DNA of 64,000 nt from Paraspadella gotoi. Lineage: Eukaryota; Animalia; Chaetognatha. Positions 26,360 to 40,902 of the stretch are shown in pieces (position 1 is the first letter of the stretch; every line of letters begins with the position of its first letter). Position numbers and translations under genes: made by a program. The DNA lies in NCBI GenBank assembly GCA_051294375.1, contig CM119263.1, forward strand, positions 23,101,330 through 23,165,329, in the 5' to 3' direction. A model generated the notes under the pieces. It did not search any database, was not told the DNA's origin, and worked only from the letters and a program-made list of their open reading frames with translations.

Positions 26360-28859
26360 ACCTTAACTGTGGTTTGCGTGGGCTAATCTCTGATCTTCGT
26401 TTTTAATTATTAGCGACGAAGGCAAAATATTTTTTTTTTTTCTCGACTAAGACTTCCGGGACAGAAATAAACAAAAATTACAAACTTCATGGATATTTAT
26501 CAACAAAAAAAACAATGATGGAGAGAATCAGAACAAGGGTAAAATCGGTAAAACCGGTTTAGTGTCTAAACTTAGGGATCATTTAAAAAAATATTAAGGT
26601 CAAGAGAAAGAGATATACAAAGATCGCATCGCGAGTTTTTATGTTAACTATGTATGTTTTTCTTATTCCATTCATGTAGTCATATTGTATCTCCACTTTA
26701 CTCGCTCAGCCCACTACCACTAAACAACCAACTGCACCCACAACCACCTCTATTCCTACCCACAACGCTCTCCACTCACCCACTGCTCCGTCCACCTATT
26801 TTCCTCTCTCAAAAAATAAAAAAATCATCCCGACGCCGAAGTTGATTTTCCTTTTTTTCCTTCAGATTTTTTTCCCTCTGAAACCTCAGGTCAATCCCCG
26901 AGCAGCAATTCGAGTTAAATCGTAGTCGTCGTCATCGTCGCTCGCCATCGTTGCTTCTGCTTCGTCGTCTTCATCTTCTGTGTCGTCGTCTTCGTCGTCG
27001 TTATCGTCTTCGTATTCCTCGTTTTTCGTCTTCATGATGTCGTCAGCGTCGTCGTCGTTAACGTCGTGGTCATCTTCGTGTTTCATACATCTAAATTTTT
27101 GTCTCCTTTTGTTTTTTTTACTCTCCTTCGTTTCTTGTTCTTTCATTTCTCCGTTGACGTTTCAAAGTCGTTGTCGCCGCAGCCGCCCACAAGCCGCTGC
27201 CCGCGGCGCTGCCGCTATCATTCTCCCCGTCACTGCCGTCGCCGTTATCCGTCCCCGTATTCTTTCGATGGTTTTTCAATATAATAATAATTTCAACTGT
27301 TGTTGTTAACGTCTTCGAGATCATAATTTTAACTCTCAAACATCGGTGGTCGTCGTCGTCGTCGTCATTTCCGCCGCTGTCGCCGCCGCCGCCATTCGTC
27401 GCCGCCGCCGCTCTTTACCCCCTCTTCAGCGTGCGTCGTCTCGATTAATTATTGTCGCTAATTCCCGTCGTTTCGGATTGTTCGCGTCGAAACTCGGTCC
27501 ATTTCAAAGTCAAAACCGAAGTTACGGACTTATGTCCTCTAAAAACATCATATTAACGCTTTCGATAATGTCGTCTCTCCAACGACCTTCGATATTGTCG
27601 AAGTTGTTGTTATAGGTGTCGTCGTCGTCGTCGTCGTCGGCCATTGGAAACGAAGCCGGTCGTTCGACAGGAGAGGCAGGGGGTAGGGAAAGATTTAACG
27701 ATTAAATAGGTGGGAACTGTGGAGGAATGGTCGGAAATGAGTTAAATAATGTAAGATCAAAAAGTCTTAAGTAATTACATGTATATATTAATAACTTTTA
27801 TATAGAAACAATATCTCGAAAAAATGGGGAAGAGAAGGAGTGGAAGCAGGAAACCTACGAGGCAGGGGTCGGGGCGGAGAAATCTTTCAGGAAACGAAGT
27901 TTTGCGGAGAGAAACGACATTCGGTTATAACAAACGGGGCAAAAACTGGCGAGAGAGAGAGAGAGCAGAGAGAGAGAGAGAGAGAGAGAGATGAGAGATA
28001 GAGAGAGATGAGAGAGAGAGAGAGAGAGAGAGAGTAGAGAGAGAAGTAAGGGGATTACCAATCCATCCAATTTTTAGAGAAAAAATATTCCATCGTTTCG
28101 GGAATTTTTCTAAGAGCGGGGCAATCTATATCATATCTGGGTCATCCAATCCTCCGATTTCGATTACATCTGTTTTTAAATCCGAAAATTCTCATTCGAT
28201 TTTTATGACATCCGGGTTTATTCCTCGTGAAATCCGAGGAAGTCGAAGATCAAAGAATCGCCGCCCTCTTGACTTGGACACTGAGAAGGGGAAAAAAAAA
28301 TTCGGTTTTGCTATCTTAAGCCTTTTCAAGTCTTTTTGCATGTCTGTCCAATTTCAGTGCGACATGTGTCTGTAATTTTTTTTATTCCTTAAAACTTTTG
28401 ACTTCCTTCATGAACAGTCTGAAAATACCGTTCATTGTAATTGACAAGCGATTGCCGCGATTGACGCAAGGGATTTTGGCGATTGGCGCAAAAGGCTAAT
28501 GCGGAGTAGGATTAGATTGGCGGATTGACGCAAGTGACAAATTGTGCTGACGGAGTGGCGCCTAAGCATAATGGCGTAGTGGCGGCGAGGAAAGGGACAA
28601 GGGAGGAAAGGAAAGGGGAAGGGAAGAAAAAGGAAGAAGGGAGGAAGAAGGACAAGGGTGGAAAGGGAAAAGGGAGGAAAGGAAAGGGGAAGGGAAGAAA
28701 AGGCAGCGGAAGACGAACGCGAACCCGAAAAAAACTACACCTGAGCTTAAAAATCTGTCGCTCCACCATTTTTTTTGAGAGAGAAAAAAAATTGAGACTA
28801 AGCTCAGGTTTAATTTTCTTTTATTTCATAGTTCTTTCTTTTTCTTTTTTTCTTTCTAA

Positions 28860-28906
<47 letters not shown>

Positions 28907-29641
28907 TCATTCTATCTTTATTTCTTTCATTCTATCTATCTTTCTTTCTTTATTTCTTTCTTTTTTTCCTTCTTTCTTTCTTTTCGTTGGAATAAAATTT
29001 TTCGGAGAATGAGAAACCAAAAGAAAAAAAATATGAATAAAATTGAAAAGAAGACAACAAAACTTTTTCCACTCTTCAGTTTTCTTTTTTTATTTTATTT
29101 TCCTTTTTTTTTTGCATCTGCGTCGCTCGACATTCGCGGACTTTCCAAAAAAAAAAGAAGAAAAACTCGCGAATGAAAATTATGATTGTACTTTACGAAA
29201 TGTTAAAAAAATAAGAAGAAAATAAAAACAATAGTATTTCCTCGTCTAGTTTATGTTTTGAACCTCATTACTCGGTTGTTGTTGTTGTTGTTTTTTTGTT
29301 GTTGTTTTTTTTTTTCAAACCCGAAAAGAAAAATGATCCACGTGTGCGAGGAGAGAAAAAGACGGATGCACGACTTGGCGGGCATCTGTCGGAATTACTT
29401 TTCACGCCATCTTTATATGAGAAATTGATAAACAAAAGAACAAAACGACGGCGAAAGCGTTGGAAGGGGGGCGGCGAGAGGGGGGGGGAAGAGTTGAGGA
29501 AGAGAAAAAAATATCAATTTCTAAAACTCGTCATTAACAAACAAAACTCGTCGGCAACGGTGGAAGACGACGAGCATCGGCGACGTCGCGAGCAGGTATC
29601 CTCGAAATGAAAAATATCCCGAACGCGGAGAGACGAGAGAG

Positions 29642-29677
<36 letters not shown>

Positions 29678-29686
29678 GAAGAGAGA

Positions 29687-29722
<36 letters not shown>

Positions 29723-32154
29723 CAGAGAGGATAAGATAACTACGGAGTAAAAGAAAAAAAAAGTCCATTTTTTCTTTAAAAAAAACAAAAAAACAAAAAA
29801 CTCATTCGACGAAAATAAAAAGAGGAAGCAAAGGGATCCTCGTCAAGAAAAGCAGCGGCTCCGCCAGACTCAATTTCTTCTTTTCGCATAATACATATGC
29901 AATTATGCATACGAGGTTATGTAGGTCTTTTATCATCGGCGACGACTCATTTATCTCGGAATTCGATCGCATTAATTTCCTCATTCTCCCGACTCGCTCT
30001 CTCTCTCTCTCTCTGTCTCTCCTTTTCTTCGTTTCCCTTTTTTTTCTTTCTTTCTCGTCGTCAATGCAGAGGTTAAATTGTTTACGCGGTCATTCTCCTC
30101 CTTTTTTCGTCGTCACGTCGGATTTCGTGTCAGACTCGACGAGAAAATGGAAGCCGCGATTCCCGGGTTTTAATCGATTCCGAACGTTGACCTAAATTAG
30201 ATAATCATCGAACTTCGACGCCAACGAAGATTTCGAACAAAGGGCGGGGAAGATCGAGCCACCAGTTTCGAACAAAAGGCGTCTGTGCACAATAAAACAA
30301 AAAGAGATCGGCTTCTCACCAACGACGAAATTCGCCCCCCTCCACAACGAGACCGGTGTGGGGGGGAATGTTTATATAAAGGGCAAAATCAGAGAAGAAT
30401 ATTGACGAAATGAAAAAAAAAAAAAAATTAAATGACGATTTTTCCAAGACTTTTTGATTTGATCTTGATTGGAAATTGGATATGACCCAGATTTTACATA
30501 TTTATCGTTGTTTCAAATGATATTTTCGGAAAAAAAAAACGGGGAAATTATTTTAATGCAAGATTCGAAACATAAATGAATGTGCATCTTGATTCTTGTT
30601 CGAAAGCGTGCGACTTAGGCACGATCACTGCTCTGTCTTTGAAAATCATGAACGTAATATAGATACTATCGGGGCCTCTTTCTCTCTTGATATCGGGTTT
30701 TCCCCCGTCACCATCTCTAAACCATTTAGTGCACCCGTTCCCCGTCTCTAAAACCCGCGTCTTCGTCTCTAAAACTTCCGTCCCGATCGCCACAACCCGT
30801 GACGACGGGTCGACGACGATGACGTCAAAGCGATTCCTCCGATTCTAAAAATAAACTTCAATTTCGTTTCCCCCTCGTTTCTTCTCTCCCAGGGCGAATC
30901 AAAATGGGAAAAAATGTTTGTCGTCGTCGTCGTCGTCGTCGTCATAGTCGTGTTGGATTTTTTTTTTTTTTTTGCAATTCGTATTTGTCATCATCTTTGT
31001 CATGGACGGTTTCTTCAGCATTTGTCAATCGTTTTATTGTCATTCTGAAATTCGCGAGTTTCCTCACTTTCGATATATATTTTTTGTCATCATTGCCGAC
31101 TAATTAGTTATTTTTTTTGTTCTTGATTAGAACATCTTCGTTGTCACTGTTCGGTGTCCTTTTCGTCGTTGTCATCGGGAGGATTCAGTGGAGACGAAAC
31201 TTTCAACCGACAACGACCCGGCGACAGCAGATTGATTAGTTTACCTACTGACCAGTGATTAAAGAAAGTGGTACAACAACTATCAAAGGAATGGATGATT
31301 TTTATATACATTCGTACGCTATCTTCCCTTCACACTTATTTTTGTTTTTGACTATAGTCTTTGCTAAATGTCCTTTAGTTTTATAAACAAGTGTTATCAT
31401 AAAGGGTCACTTACCAATGTTTTTCTGACCATCTTCAGTGCGCCATTAATTTAAAGTACGTTTCATTGGGCACCGGGTCGAAAATCGGGGCTGAGGTCTC
31501 AAGGTCGCTGCGCCATGGATTTCCCTCGGCGACGACGACGACGACTACAATGACGACGACGGCTTCGATGGCCGATGGGTAGCATGACAAATCTCTCTTC
31601 CTTCCTCCTTCCTTGAAAAAAAAAAAAAAAAGAAAGAAAAAAACTTGACGACAATGACGAAGACTACGAAAGACGACGACGGAAATGACGACTATTATGA
31701 CGACGACGACATCGTCTTCGTGGACGGAAGAAGAATAAAAAAAAAATCTTCATTCGACTTTCGTCTCTTTTGCTTAATTTTATTTATTTTTTTTTAATGT
31801 TTTCGTCTGCGGACGAAAAGAGCGAAAAAAAAAAAAGAACTGATTAATTTTTCTTCTCTCTCGTGTTTTGTCACTCGACGGAAAGAAAAAAAAAAGGCTA
31901 ATGACGCGACTCCTTCGCGGTTTTCAAGTTTCCTTCGTTTTTTTTCTATTCGTCTGTTTTGTGGCGATCGGCATTTTCGAATATATTTTGAAACTGCCGT
32001 CCGTTAAAGAAAGTTTTCAATTTAAAAAAAAAAAGGTTTAGCAACGAATACTATCATAATCATAATTTCATTTAAGTTAATTCGTTACGTTGTCTCGACT
32101 CGCTATTTGCACGAAAAATAAACCTTGACATGGTCGCGTCCAAGGGTCGGCACC

Positions 32155-34432
32155 ATGGCCGCCTGGTACCGCGGACTCGCGCCGCCTCCGCCGCCGCCGG
32201 CGGCGAAACCCAAACCGCCGACAATCAAACTCTCGTCCTATAAATTTTCCAACTCTGACGTGGCCCGCCTGGGAATCAGGGTTTTGCAGGTCAGGCGGGG
32301 AGAGGTATTGGCCTGGTTGGAAAACTTTATTACCTTCCACCCAAATTTTCGACCCTCAGATGCCGGGACCCAAGTGGCCCATTGGCGGGGCGAACCAGGG
32401 CGCCGGCGGCGGATATTTGGTCTCCGCCGGTTACCATGGAAACCACGGGCCGAGGTACACTCCGTCGGAACTTTCCTATTTCAATCAGGTTCGCATCGAC
32501 GGAGAAAAAAAAAAAAGAAATTAATTTTGATTCGAGAAGCGATTAAAATAAAAAGTGGCGAATGTTGATAATTTTATCTCTCGACGTTCAGTTATTTTTT
32601 TCCTTTCGTTTTATCTTTACTCGTTAGATTCTCGCCTTTTGTTTTGGCTTCATTTTTTTCTCATCGTTTCTATTCTCCAGGTGGCGCAAATCACCGACCA
32701 ACTCTTTCTCTCCTCCGCGGCGGCTGTGACGGTTGAAAAGGCGTTGGCTCACGGCATCACTTGCATCATCAACGTCACGGTCCAGATCCCGACTCTTCAC
32801 ATGCCCAAAGTTGAGAGCATACACCTCAGGTGAGAATTGCTCGGTTGACCAAGAGTTGAGACCGAATTTAATCGGCCATTTTGGGCTTCGTTTTTTTGGT
32901 TTGTTATTTTAAAGGGTTAATATTTTATATAGTAGAGAAACTTAACATAACAAATCTTAACTATTGTGCTGTGCCACACAAACTTTATCATCTGCATAAA
33001 TTTGTACAGATATATTAATTAATGATACTATTTTCTGAATTCAATGTTTTAAAATTTGTAAAAAACTGGTTACTAGAGTGATGTGAAAATAATAAAATTT
33101 TATAAAATTAAAATTTAGCATATAGAGCTTAAAAATAAAAACCAATAAAATTTATTTTTTTAATATTAGACATTAGTGGGCACCAGTGACCTATATTTAT
33201 ATATAATAATAAATATATAATATGCTAAAATTTCAAAATGCAAATTTTTTTAATTTTAAAACGAATTTCCTTGCAAAAAGTTGATATAAGAAGGTTTATT
33301 TCTTTTTTAAAAATTTTTTTATTAAGTTGGCCAAAAATTTTTAATTTTCAGATTAATAACATTATTTTTAAAAAAGATTTATATTTTCTTTTATCAACTT
33401 TTTATGAGGAATTTGAATCTGTTCTCAGAACTTTTAAAATTATTTTGAAATTTTGATATTATATAAGGGTAGTAATATATAAAAAATAAGCTGCCTAAGC
33501 TTCAATATACATAAAAAAAAATAACTACAGATTAGTATTCACTTATATGAAAGTTTTCAAAATATAACTGCTAAATTTTGATTCCAAACTTTCACTTTAC
33601 TCGACTGGTTACATCAAAATAATCGCATCCTCATAAGATACGTTATTTTTAATTACATGTACTACGTTAATTTTTGTATCCGTAAAAAGATTTTCAAATA
33701 ATTTTATGACAATTGAAGTCGGTCTTCAAATTTCATTTTGCTTCACTCCACTCTTCTCACCCCAGACTCGAGGATGATCCCCGGACCCGCCTCAACTACT
33801 ACTTCGACCCCGTCGCCGACAAAATCAAGGAAGTCGAGGAGCGGGGCGGTCGCACTCTGCTCCACTGCGTCGCTGGAGTGAGTCGTAGCGCCTCCCTCAC
33901 CATCGCCTACCTCGTCAAGCATCATCGAATGACGCTGCGCCAAGCTTATCTCCACGTCAAGGCGCGACGACCCATCATCCGACCCAACCTTGGCTTTTGG
34001 CGCCAACTAATGGACTACGAAAAGAAGCAACGCGGATGTTCGACGGTCACGATGGTCAATTCGCCCGTGGGTCAAATCCCCGACGTCTATCGCGACGACG
34101 CTAAATCCTTCGCCTCGTTGCCGACCGGACACGGGAGTCTCTTCGCGCCGGGAATTAGCGCCGGTGCCGCTTCGCCGCTCGTTGTTGCCGCCGCCGGCGC
34201 CGGGGCGACCGCCGGCGCCCCGGCATCGACGGGGGCGTCGCGACTTCCGGCGTTGAAACAGAGACAAAACTCCTCGTCGGGTCTCTCGCCGACGCTTGGC
34301 GGCGCCGCGGAGAGCAGAAAAGCCAGGGGAGGCGGCGCTGGAGCCGGCGGACAGAGCAGCTACTTTCCGACGCCGCCGTCCTCGACGACGCTGTCGTCGA
34401 GGTATTCGAAGTCGCACAGTTTCTTTTTTTGA
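32155..34432 (+). CDS. Atypical dual-specificity phosphatase, DUSP14/18/21-like (copy B, intact)
   Basis: Exons 32155-32289, 32360-32488, 32681-32829, 33766-34432 splice in frame. Motifs AQITDQLFLS, GITCIINVT, LEDDP..YFDPVADKI, catalytic LHCVAGVSRSASLTIAYLVK, VKARRPIIRPNLGFWRQLMDYE, IPDVY. The first exon is less certain. Confidence 0.9.
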
Positions 34433-35277
34433 AATCGACGCCGACCATTCTCTTTGCATTTTCCTTTGGGATTCCAAAGATTTTTTTTTTATTAATGATA
34501 TTTATTTATATTTTTTTGGAATGTTTATGTAAAATTTAATAGATTTTTTTCCTTTCCGAGGAAAGAATTTAGCGAAAGTGGCCACTGAATTGAAAATTTT
34601 GCGACGCTAGTCACCGCATGCCTTGCTTTGCGGATTAATCGTACATATTTTTATAGTATTTTCCGAACTTACAGAATATTCATTTAGTAAATAATTTTTT
34701 TTAGAGAGTACATCCTCTTCGACGAAACTCAATACTATTTGATCAATCAGTTTTTTTGCCTTTTTTCTTTATTGTTTTCCAGTTGTATCTGTAATAAATT
34801 ATTATTTAGTACTGTCATCATTTCTGCATTTCTTGTAATTAAAACATTTTTCTTTATGTAATTGTTGTCGAACCAAGAGATTGAGTTAAACGTTTTGTAT
34901 TGATTCAGGATGGCTTTTTGATTGAATTGTTGGTTCAGAAAAAGTTGTATAAAATTAAAAAAAACATTTTCGAAGTCGAAAATTTCGGTTTTGCTTATTT
35001 CTCCAAGAAATTAAGAATGAGAACTGATAAGGGATGCAAGGAAGGAATTCAAAAGAGCTAAAAAGGAAAGAAATCATTTTGCGGGAAAAAGGAAAAATGA
35101 CGATAGAGGAAAGAATAGGTAAAGGCATAACTCAGAAAAGGATAAAAAAAAAAAAAAAAAAGAGAGAGAAGGTGGACAACGAGATGCCTCTCATGGGATG
35201 TGACAATTTCCCTTTTATGAAGTGTCTCCGGATTTCGTTTCAAATCCTTTTTTAGAATCTCTCTCTCTCTCTCTCTA

Positions 35278-35320
<43 letters not shown>

Positions 35321-35964
35321 CCTGCTCTATCCTCCCTAATCTTTTCTCTCTGCCCGGCGGACCGGGAAATCCCGAGGCGGCGGTGGTGGTGGTAGATGTG
35401 GTAGAGACGGGGTTGAAAGTGACGAGGTTGGGAGGCTAAGAATTTTTAATAATAACTATGGTAATATGGTATAGTTGGACAGTAAACAATCGGACTTATT
35501 ATTGTGGCATCACGGATTAAAATCAGAAGGGAACGCCTCGGAGTTTAGAGAATTACAAATTATTCTGTCGTCGGAAGTGAATAAATAGACGAGAAGGGAC
35601 GTCACTTGTTACGCGAAAGAAGTTGGAGATGATAAATTAAATAGAAATAAAATGTCGTAAATCTCGATGGTGACTGTTAAAACTAAATCGAAAAAGTTCC
35701 ACACATTGCAGGTATGAGGAATTTTAAACGGACGACCTAGCGCTAGCAATGTCACCGCTCAACCAGATTTATTAATCATTTCCTTCGTTGCTCGATTAAT
35801 CGAAACTTAATCAAAGCCATGATTAATACCCTTAATTAATACTGCGGCGAACGAAGCCGCGTTTTGACGGAAAGCGAAGAGAACTCGGGAGAGAGAGAGA
35901 TTTTTCTTTTTTGAAATATTTAATTTCGATGATGTTCGGGAGTTATGAGGAAATTTGTCAAACG

Positions 35965-36005
<41 letters not shown>

Positions 36006-37499
36006 TTACTGTGGTTTGCGTGGGCTAATCTCTGATCTTCGTTTTTAATTATTAGCGACGAAGGCAAAATATTTTTTTTTTTCTCGACTAAGACTTCCGG
36101 GACAGAAATAAACAAAAATTACAAACTTCATGGATATTTATCAACAAAAAAACAATGATGGAGAGAATTCAGAACAAGGGTAAAATCGGTAAAACCGGTT
36201 TAGTCTAAACTTTAGGGAGTCATTTAAAAAAATATTAAGGTCAAGAGAAAGAGATATACAAAGATCGCATCGCGAGTTTTATGTTAACTATGTATGTTTT
36301 TCTTATTCCATTCATGTAGTCATATTGTATCTCCACTTTACTCGCTCAGCCCACTACCACTAAACAACCACTGCACCCACAACCACCTCTATTCCTACCC
36401 ACAACGCTCTCCACTCACCCACTGCTCCGTCCACCTATTTTCCTTCTCAAAAATAAAAAAATCATCCCGACGCCGAAGTTGATTTTCCTTTTCCTTTCAG
36501 ATTTTTTTCCCTCTGAAACCTCAGGTCAATCCCGAGCAGCAATTCGATGAAATCGTAGTCGTCGTCATCGTCGTCGCCATCGTTGTCTTCTGCTTCGTCG
36601 TCTTCATCTTCTGTGTCGTCGTCTTCGTCGTCGTTATCGTCTTCGTATTCCTCGTTGTCGTCTTCATTGATGTCGTCAGCGTCGTCGTCGTTAACGTCGT
36701 GGTCATCTTCGTGTTCTACATCTAAATTTTGTCTCCTTGTTTTTTTTACTCTCCTTCGTTTCTTTAGTTCTTTCATTTCTCCGTTGACGTTTCAAAGTCG
36801 TTGTCGCCGCAGCCGCCCACAAGCCGCTGCCCGCGGCGCTGCCGCTATCATTCTCCCCGTCACTGCCGTCGCCGTTATCGTCCCCGTATTCATTTCGATG
36901 GTTTTCAATATAATAATAATTTCAACTGTTGTTGTTAACGTCTTCGAGATCATAATTTTAACTCTCAACATCGTGGTCGTCGTCGTCGTCGTCATTTCCG
37001 CCGCTGTCGCCGCCGCCGCCATCGTCGCCGCCGCCAGTTCTTTACCCCCTCTTCAGCGTCGTCGTCTCGATTATTATTGTCGCTAATCCCGTCGTTTCGG
37101 ATTGTCGCGCGAAACTCGGTCCATTCAAAGTCAAACCCGAAGTTACGACTTATGTCCTCTAAAAACTCATTAACGCTTCGATAATGTCGTCTTCCAACGA
37201 CCTTCGATATTGTCGAAGTTGTTGTTATAGGTGTCGTCGTCGTCGTCGTCGTCGCCATGGAAACGAAGCGGTCGTCGACAGGAGAGGCAGGGGTAGGGAA
37301 AGATTTAACGATTAAATAGTGTGGACTGTGGAGGGAGGGGTAAATGAGGTTAAATAATGTAAGATCAAAAAGTCTTAAGTAATACTATGTATATATTATT
37401 ATACTTTATATTAGAACAATATTCGAAAAAAGATGGGGAAGAGAAGGAGTGGGAAGAGGAAACCTACGAGCAGGGGTCGGGGCGGAGAAATCTTTCGAG

Positions 37500-37603
<104 letters not shown>

Positions 37604-37994
37604 AAGGGGATTACCCTCCTCCAATTTTTAGAGAAAAATATTCCATCGTTTCGGGAATTTTTCTAAGAGCGGGGCAATTCTATCAGATCTGGGTCCTCCA
37701 ATCCTCCGATTTTCGATTACATCCGGGTTTTTAAATCCGAAAATTCTCATTCGATTTTTTATGACATCCGGGTTTTATCCTCTGAAATCCGAGGAAGTCG
37801 AAGATCAAAGATCCCGCCTCTTGATTTGGACACGAGAAGGAAAAAAATAAATTCGGGTTTTCTATCTTAAGCCTTTTCAAGTCTTTTTGCATGTCTGGTC
37901 AATTTCAGTGGACAGTGTCTGATAATTTTTTTATTCTTAAAACTTTTGACTTCCTCATGAACAGTCAAAATACCTTTCATTGTAATTACTAACG

Positions 37995-38223
37995 ATTGCC
38001 GGATTGACGCAAGGGATTTTTGGCGGATTGGCGCAAAAGGCTAATGCGGAGTGAGGATTAATGGCGGATTGACGCAAGTGACTAATTGCTGACGGAGTGG
38101 CGCATAAGCATAATGGCGTAGTGGCGCCGGGATTAATGGCGGAGTGACGGTGAGGATTAATGTCGGAGTGACGCAGAGGATTAATGGCGGAGTGACGCAG
38201 AGGATTAATGGCGGAGTGGCGCG
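37995..38223 (+). repeat. 24-bp minisatellite (GAGGATTAATGGCGGAGTGACGCA), partial copy at 28451-28584
   Basis: Three to four near-perfect units at 38130-38223 with degenerate units upstream. Confidence 0.85.
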
Positions 38224-38309
38224 CAAGCTTCTCACCTCATTACGTCGTAATGATGGCGTCTTTTGTCTCTCGCTTCTTCTCCTCCAGGGAAATTCCAAGT
38301 TCTTTCGGA

Positions 38310-38416
<107 letters not shown>

Positions 38417-39724
38417 GGCCGCTATTCCGACTTTTTGCGCTTCTCTCTTTCCTCTTTTAACTTATTTACCAAAAAAAAAAAGAAAAAGTAAAAGCCTGCA
38501 CTTATTGTATGTTTTGTATTTAAATTCGCTTTACGATTCTGATTCAGTTGTTTCTGAAAATTCTTAAGACGCAAAGAAAAATAAAAATAAAATTCATTTG
38601 CCCGAAAAAAAATTATCGATCATTGAATTTACTTATCTGACCATTTGTACTAACAAGCCATCCCTTCCTGACAGTTATGCTGGACAAATACATGCAAAAT
38701 ATGCTTCGGCTAGAATGAGACAGTATAATACAGTGTAAAAGTCTAAATTTGGACTAGATACCTCGTTTCTCTGATTTTTTAAATCATAAGCCATAAATGA
38801 GTAAGACGATGGGTACAACAGAAAGTGATATGTCTGTTGTACCAATAGAATAAATTGAGATACTCAAAGATTTGTACTGCTTAGTTAAAATCCTTAGTTC
38901 TCTGATGGAAAAAAAAAGTGATTTTTTTTTGCATAACTTTTGCGTCTGAACTCGAAAACGAATCGTTTCTCTCCCCTAACTCATGCGTTTTAATAATAAC
39001 CTTCCCTTCATTTTTCATTGTATTTTATCAATTTTTTTCGACTATATTCATTTCCCAACCACCCATAATTCGTCAATCGCCATCCCACTTCCCTCCCTTC
39101 CTCCATTCTCTCCCACCCTTAATCCTTCCCCGCCTCATCCACTCCCTCTTCCCTTTTTCAAACGCCTTAAGTTAATTCAAAAAGAAGAGAAACTCGTAAG
39201 GATCATTAAACATCTGCGACAACAAGTAGCGAGAGCGTTTTCCGCCGCTGCAGCAACTTTCTAATACCGCTCCACAGCCGTTTTAGCGCCTCACAGCGGT
39301 CGCAGCTACGGTTCGTATCCTGGTAAAAAAACTGAATTTTGTGTACTCATGCCACAATTTATTTTAATTCAAACTTACGATTTTGAAAAAAATAAAAAAT
39401 AAAATAATCTTTTATTTCTCCAATAGGCTAAGGCCTAAACTTTAATTATTATTAATAATTTAATCCCCTTCCTCCCTTTCCTTCTTTCTCGAAACAAGCG
39501 CAACCTTTCTTCCATCTGCAATAGTCACGCCTTCGTCGCATCAGTGCGGTGGCGACGCCGACGGCACGCCGGTTCCGGTGCCCGAACAGCAACGTCGCGG
39601 CGCCGGCACGACTGCGGCGCCAGGCGTGGCAGCGGTGCCTCGGAAGCGACTCGCCGCATTACACCTCGTCATCTGCCTCTTTACTATTTCTCAAGACGCT
39701 TGGAGGGCGTGGCAGGCGTCGTGA

Positions 39725-39783
39725 GACGACGACGTCGATAAAGACGATGTGGATGACGAAGATGATGATGATGATGATGATGA

Positions 39784-39876
<93 letters not shown>

Positions 39877-39885
39877 CAACGACGT
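39725..39885. repeat. Compound (GAT)n/(GAC)n trinucleotide microsatellite
   Basis: Directly visible. The poly-Asp frame is immediately preceded by TGA. Confidence 0.9.
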
Positions 39886-40816
39886 CTTCATTGTCGACTT
39901 TGTCTTCTTCATACGTAGCTTGTCGTAGCCATCATCCTGTTCATTGGCTTGATCAACTTTACATCGTCATCATCGCCGCCTTTATTATATGTTTATCGTC
40001 GTCTTTATCGTCGTTTTAATCGTCTTTTCAATGTCTTCTTTTGTCTTCTTTGATCTTAATCTTCGTCTTCTTTTCATCGTCGTCGTTTTCGTCTTCATCG
40101 TCGTCGTTTTCGTCGTCATCATCGTCGTCGACATCGTCTCGGGCCTCAGCTGAAAGTCACCAGCGAAGTCGCACCTTCGGCGAAACTCCGTCGCATCCGT
40201 CGGAATTAATATTTCAATCGGATGAAGGAAAAGAAAAAAAAAACAGGAAAACCGGAAAAAGAAATAAACATTTTGACGCAAAGAAAAACTGACTACTTTT
40301 ATACGGATTAAAAAATTATGCAGGCCTTTTGAGCAGAGGATATCTTGTTCATTTGAATCTCCGAACTCTTATCCTGACAATTCGATCTGTTAACCGGAGT
40401 CTCAAAACTATCGCCGTTTTTTGTTGCCTTCGTCGTCGTCATCGTCATCGTCACAATCGTCGTCGTCAGACCTGATTAATCCACGTTAGCGCCCGACTTT
40501 TTTTCTCTCTCTCTCTCTCGTCACTACGCCGGCGCCGGCCGACGCCGAGTTGTAGCGCCAACCGCAAAAAAACCGGCGTCACGTAGCGCCCGGGGTCGAA
40601 GCCGGCGTCGCTCCGAGGGGCTTTCCTTTTGTATATCATTGCTCAAAAAGTCATTTTTGACTCTAAGGGCACCTGAGCCTCGAGGAAACAACGACGCCGC
40701 TCTCTTCGCGCCGAGAAAAAAAAAGTGGAACCGGCGCCGAGAACGAGAGGCGCGCCCAAATTCCGGTTAAGCCCTTCCGCGCGTTTTGGCGTGATGGACA
40801 GGAGACGAGGGAGTGG

Positions 40817-40902
<86 letters not shown>

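Noticed and set aside
37995-38223. Regularly spaced repeats as a CRISPR array
   Set aside because: The units are contiguous with no unique spacers, there are no cas genes, and the context is eukaryotic.
39549-40019. 156-aa ORF with poly-Met/poly-Thr
   Set aside because: Read-through of a (GAT)n/(GAC)n microsatellite.
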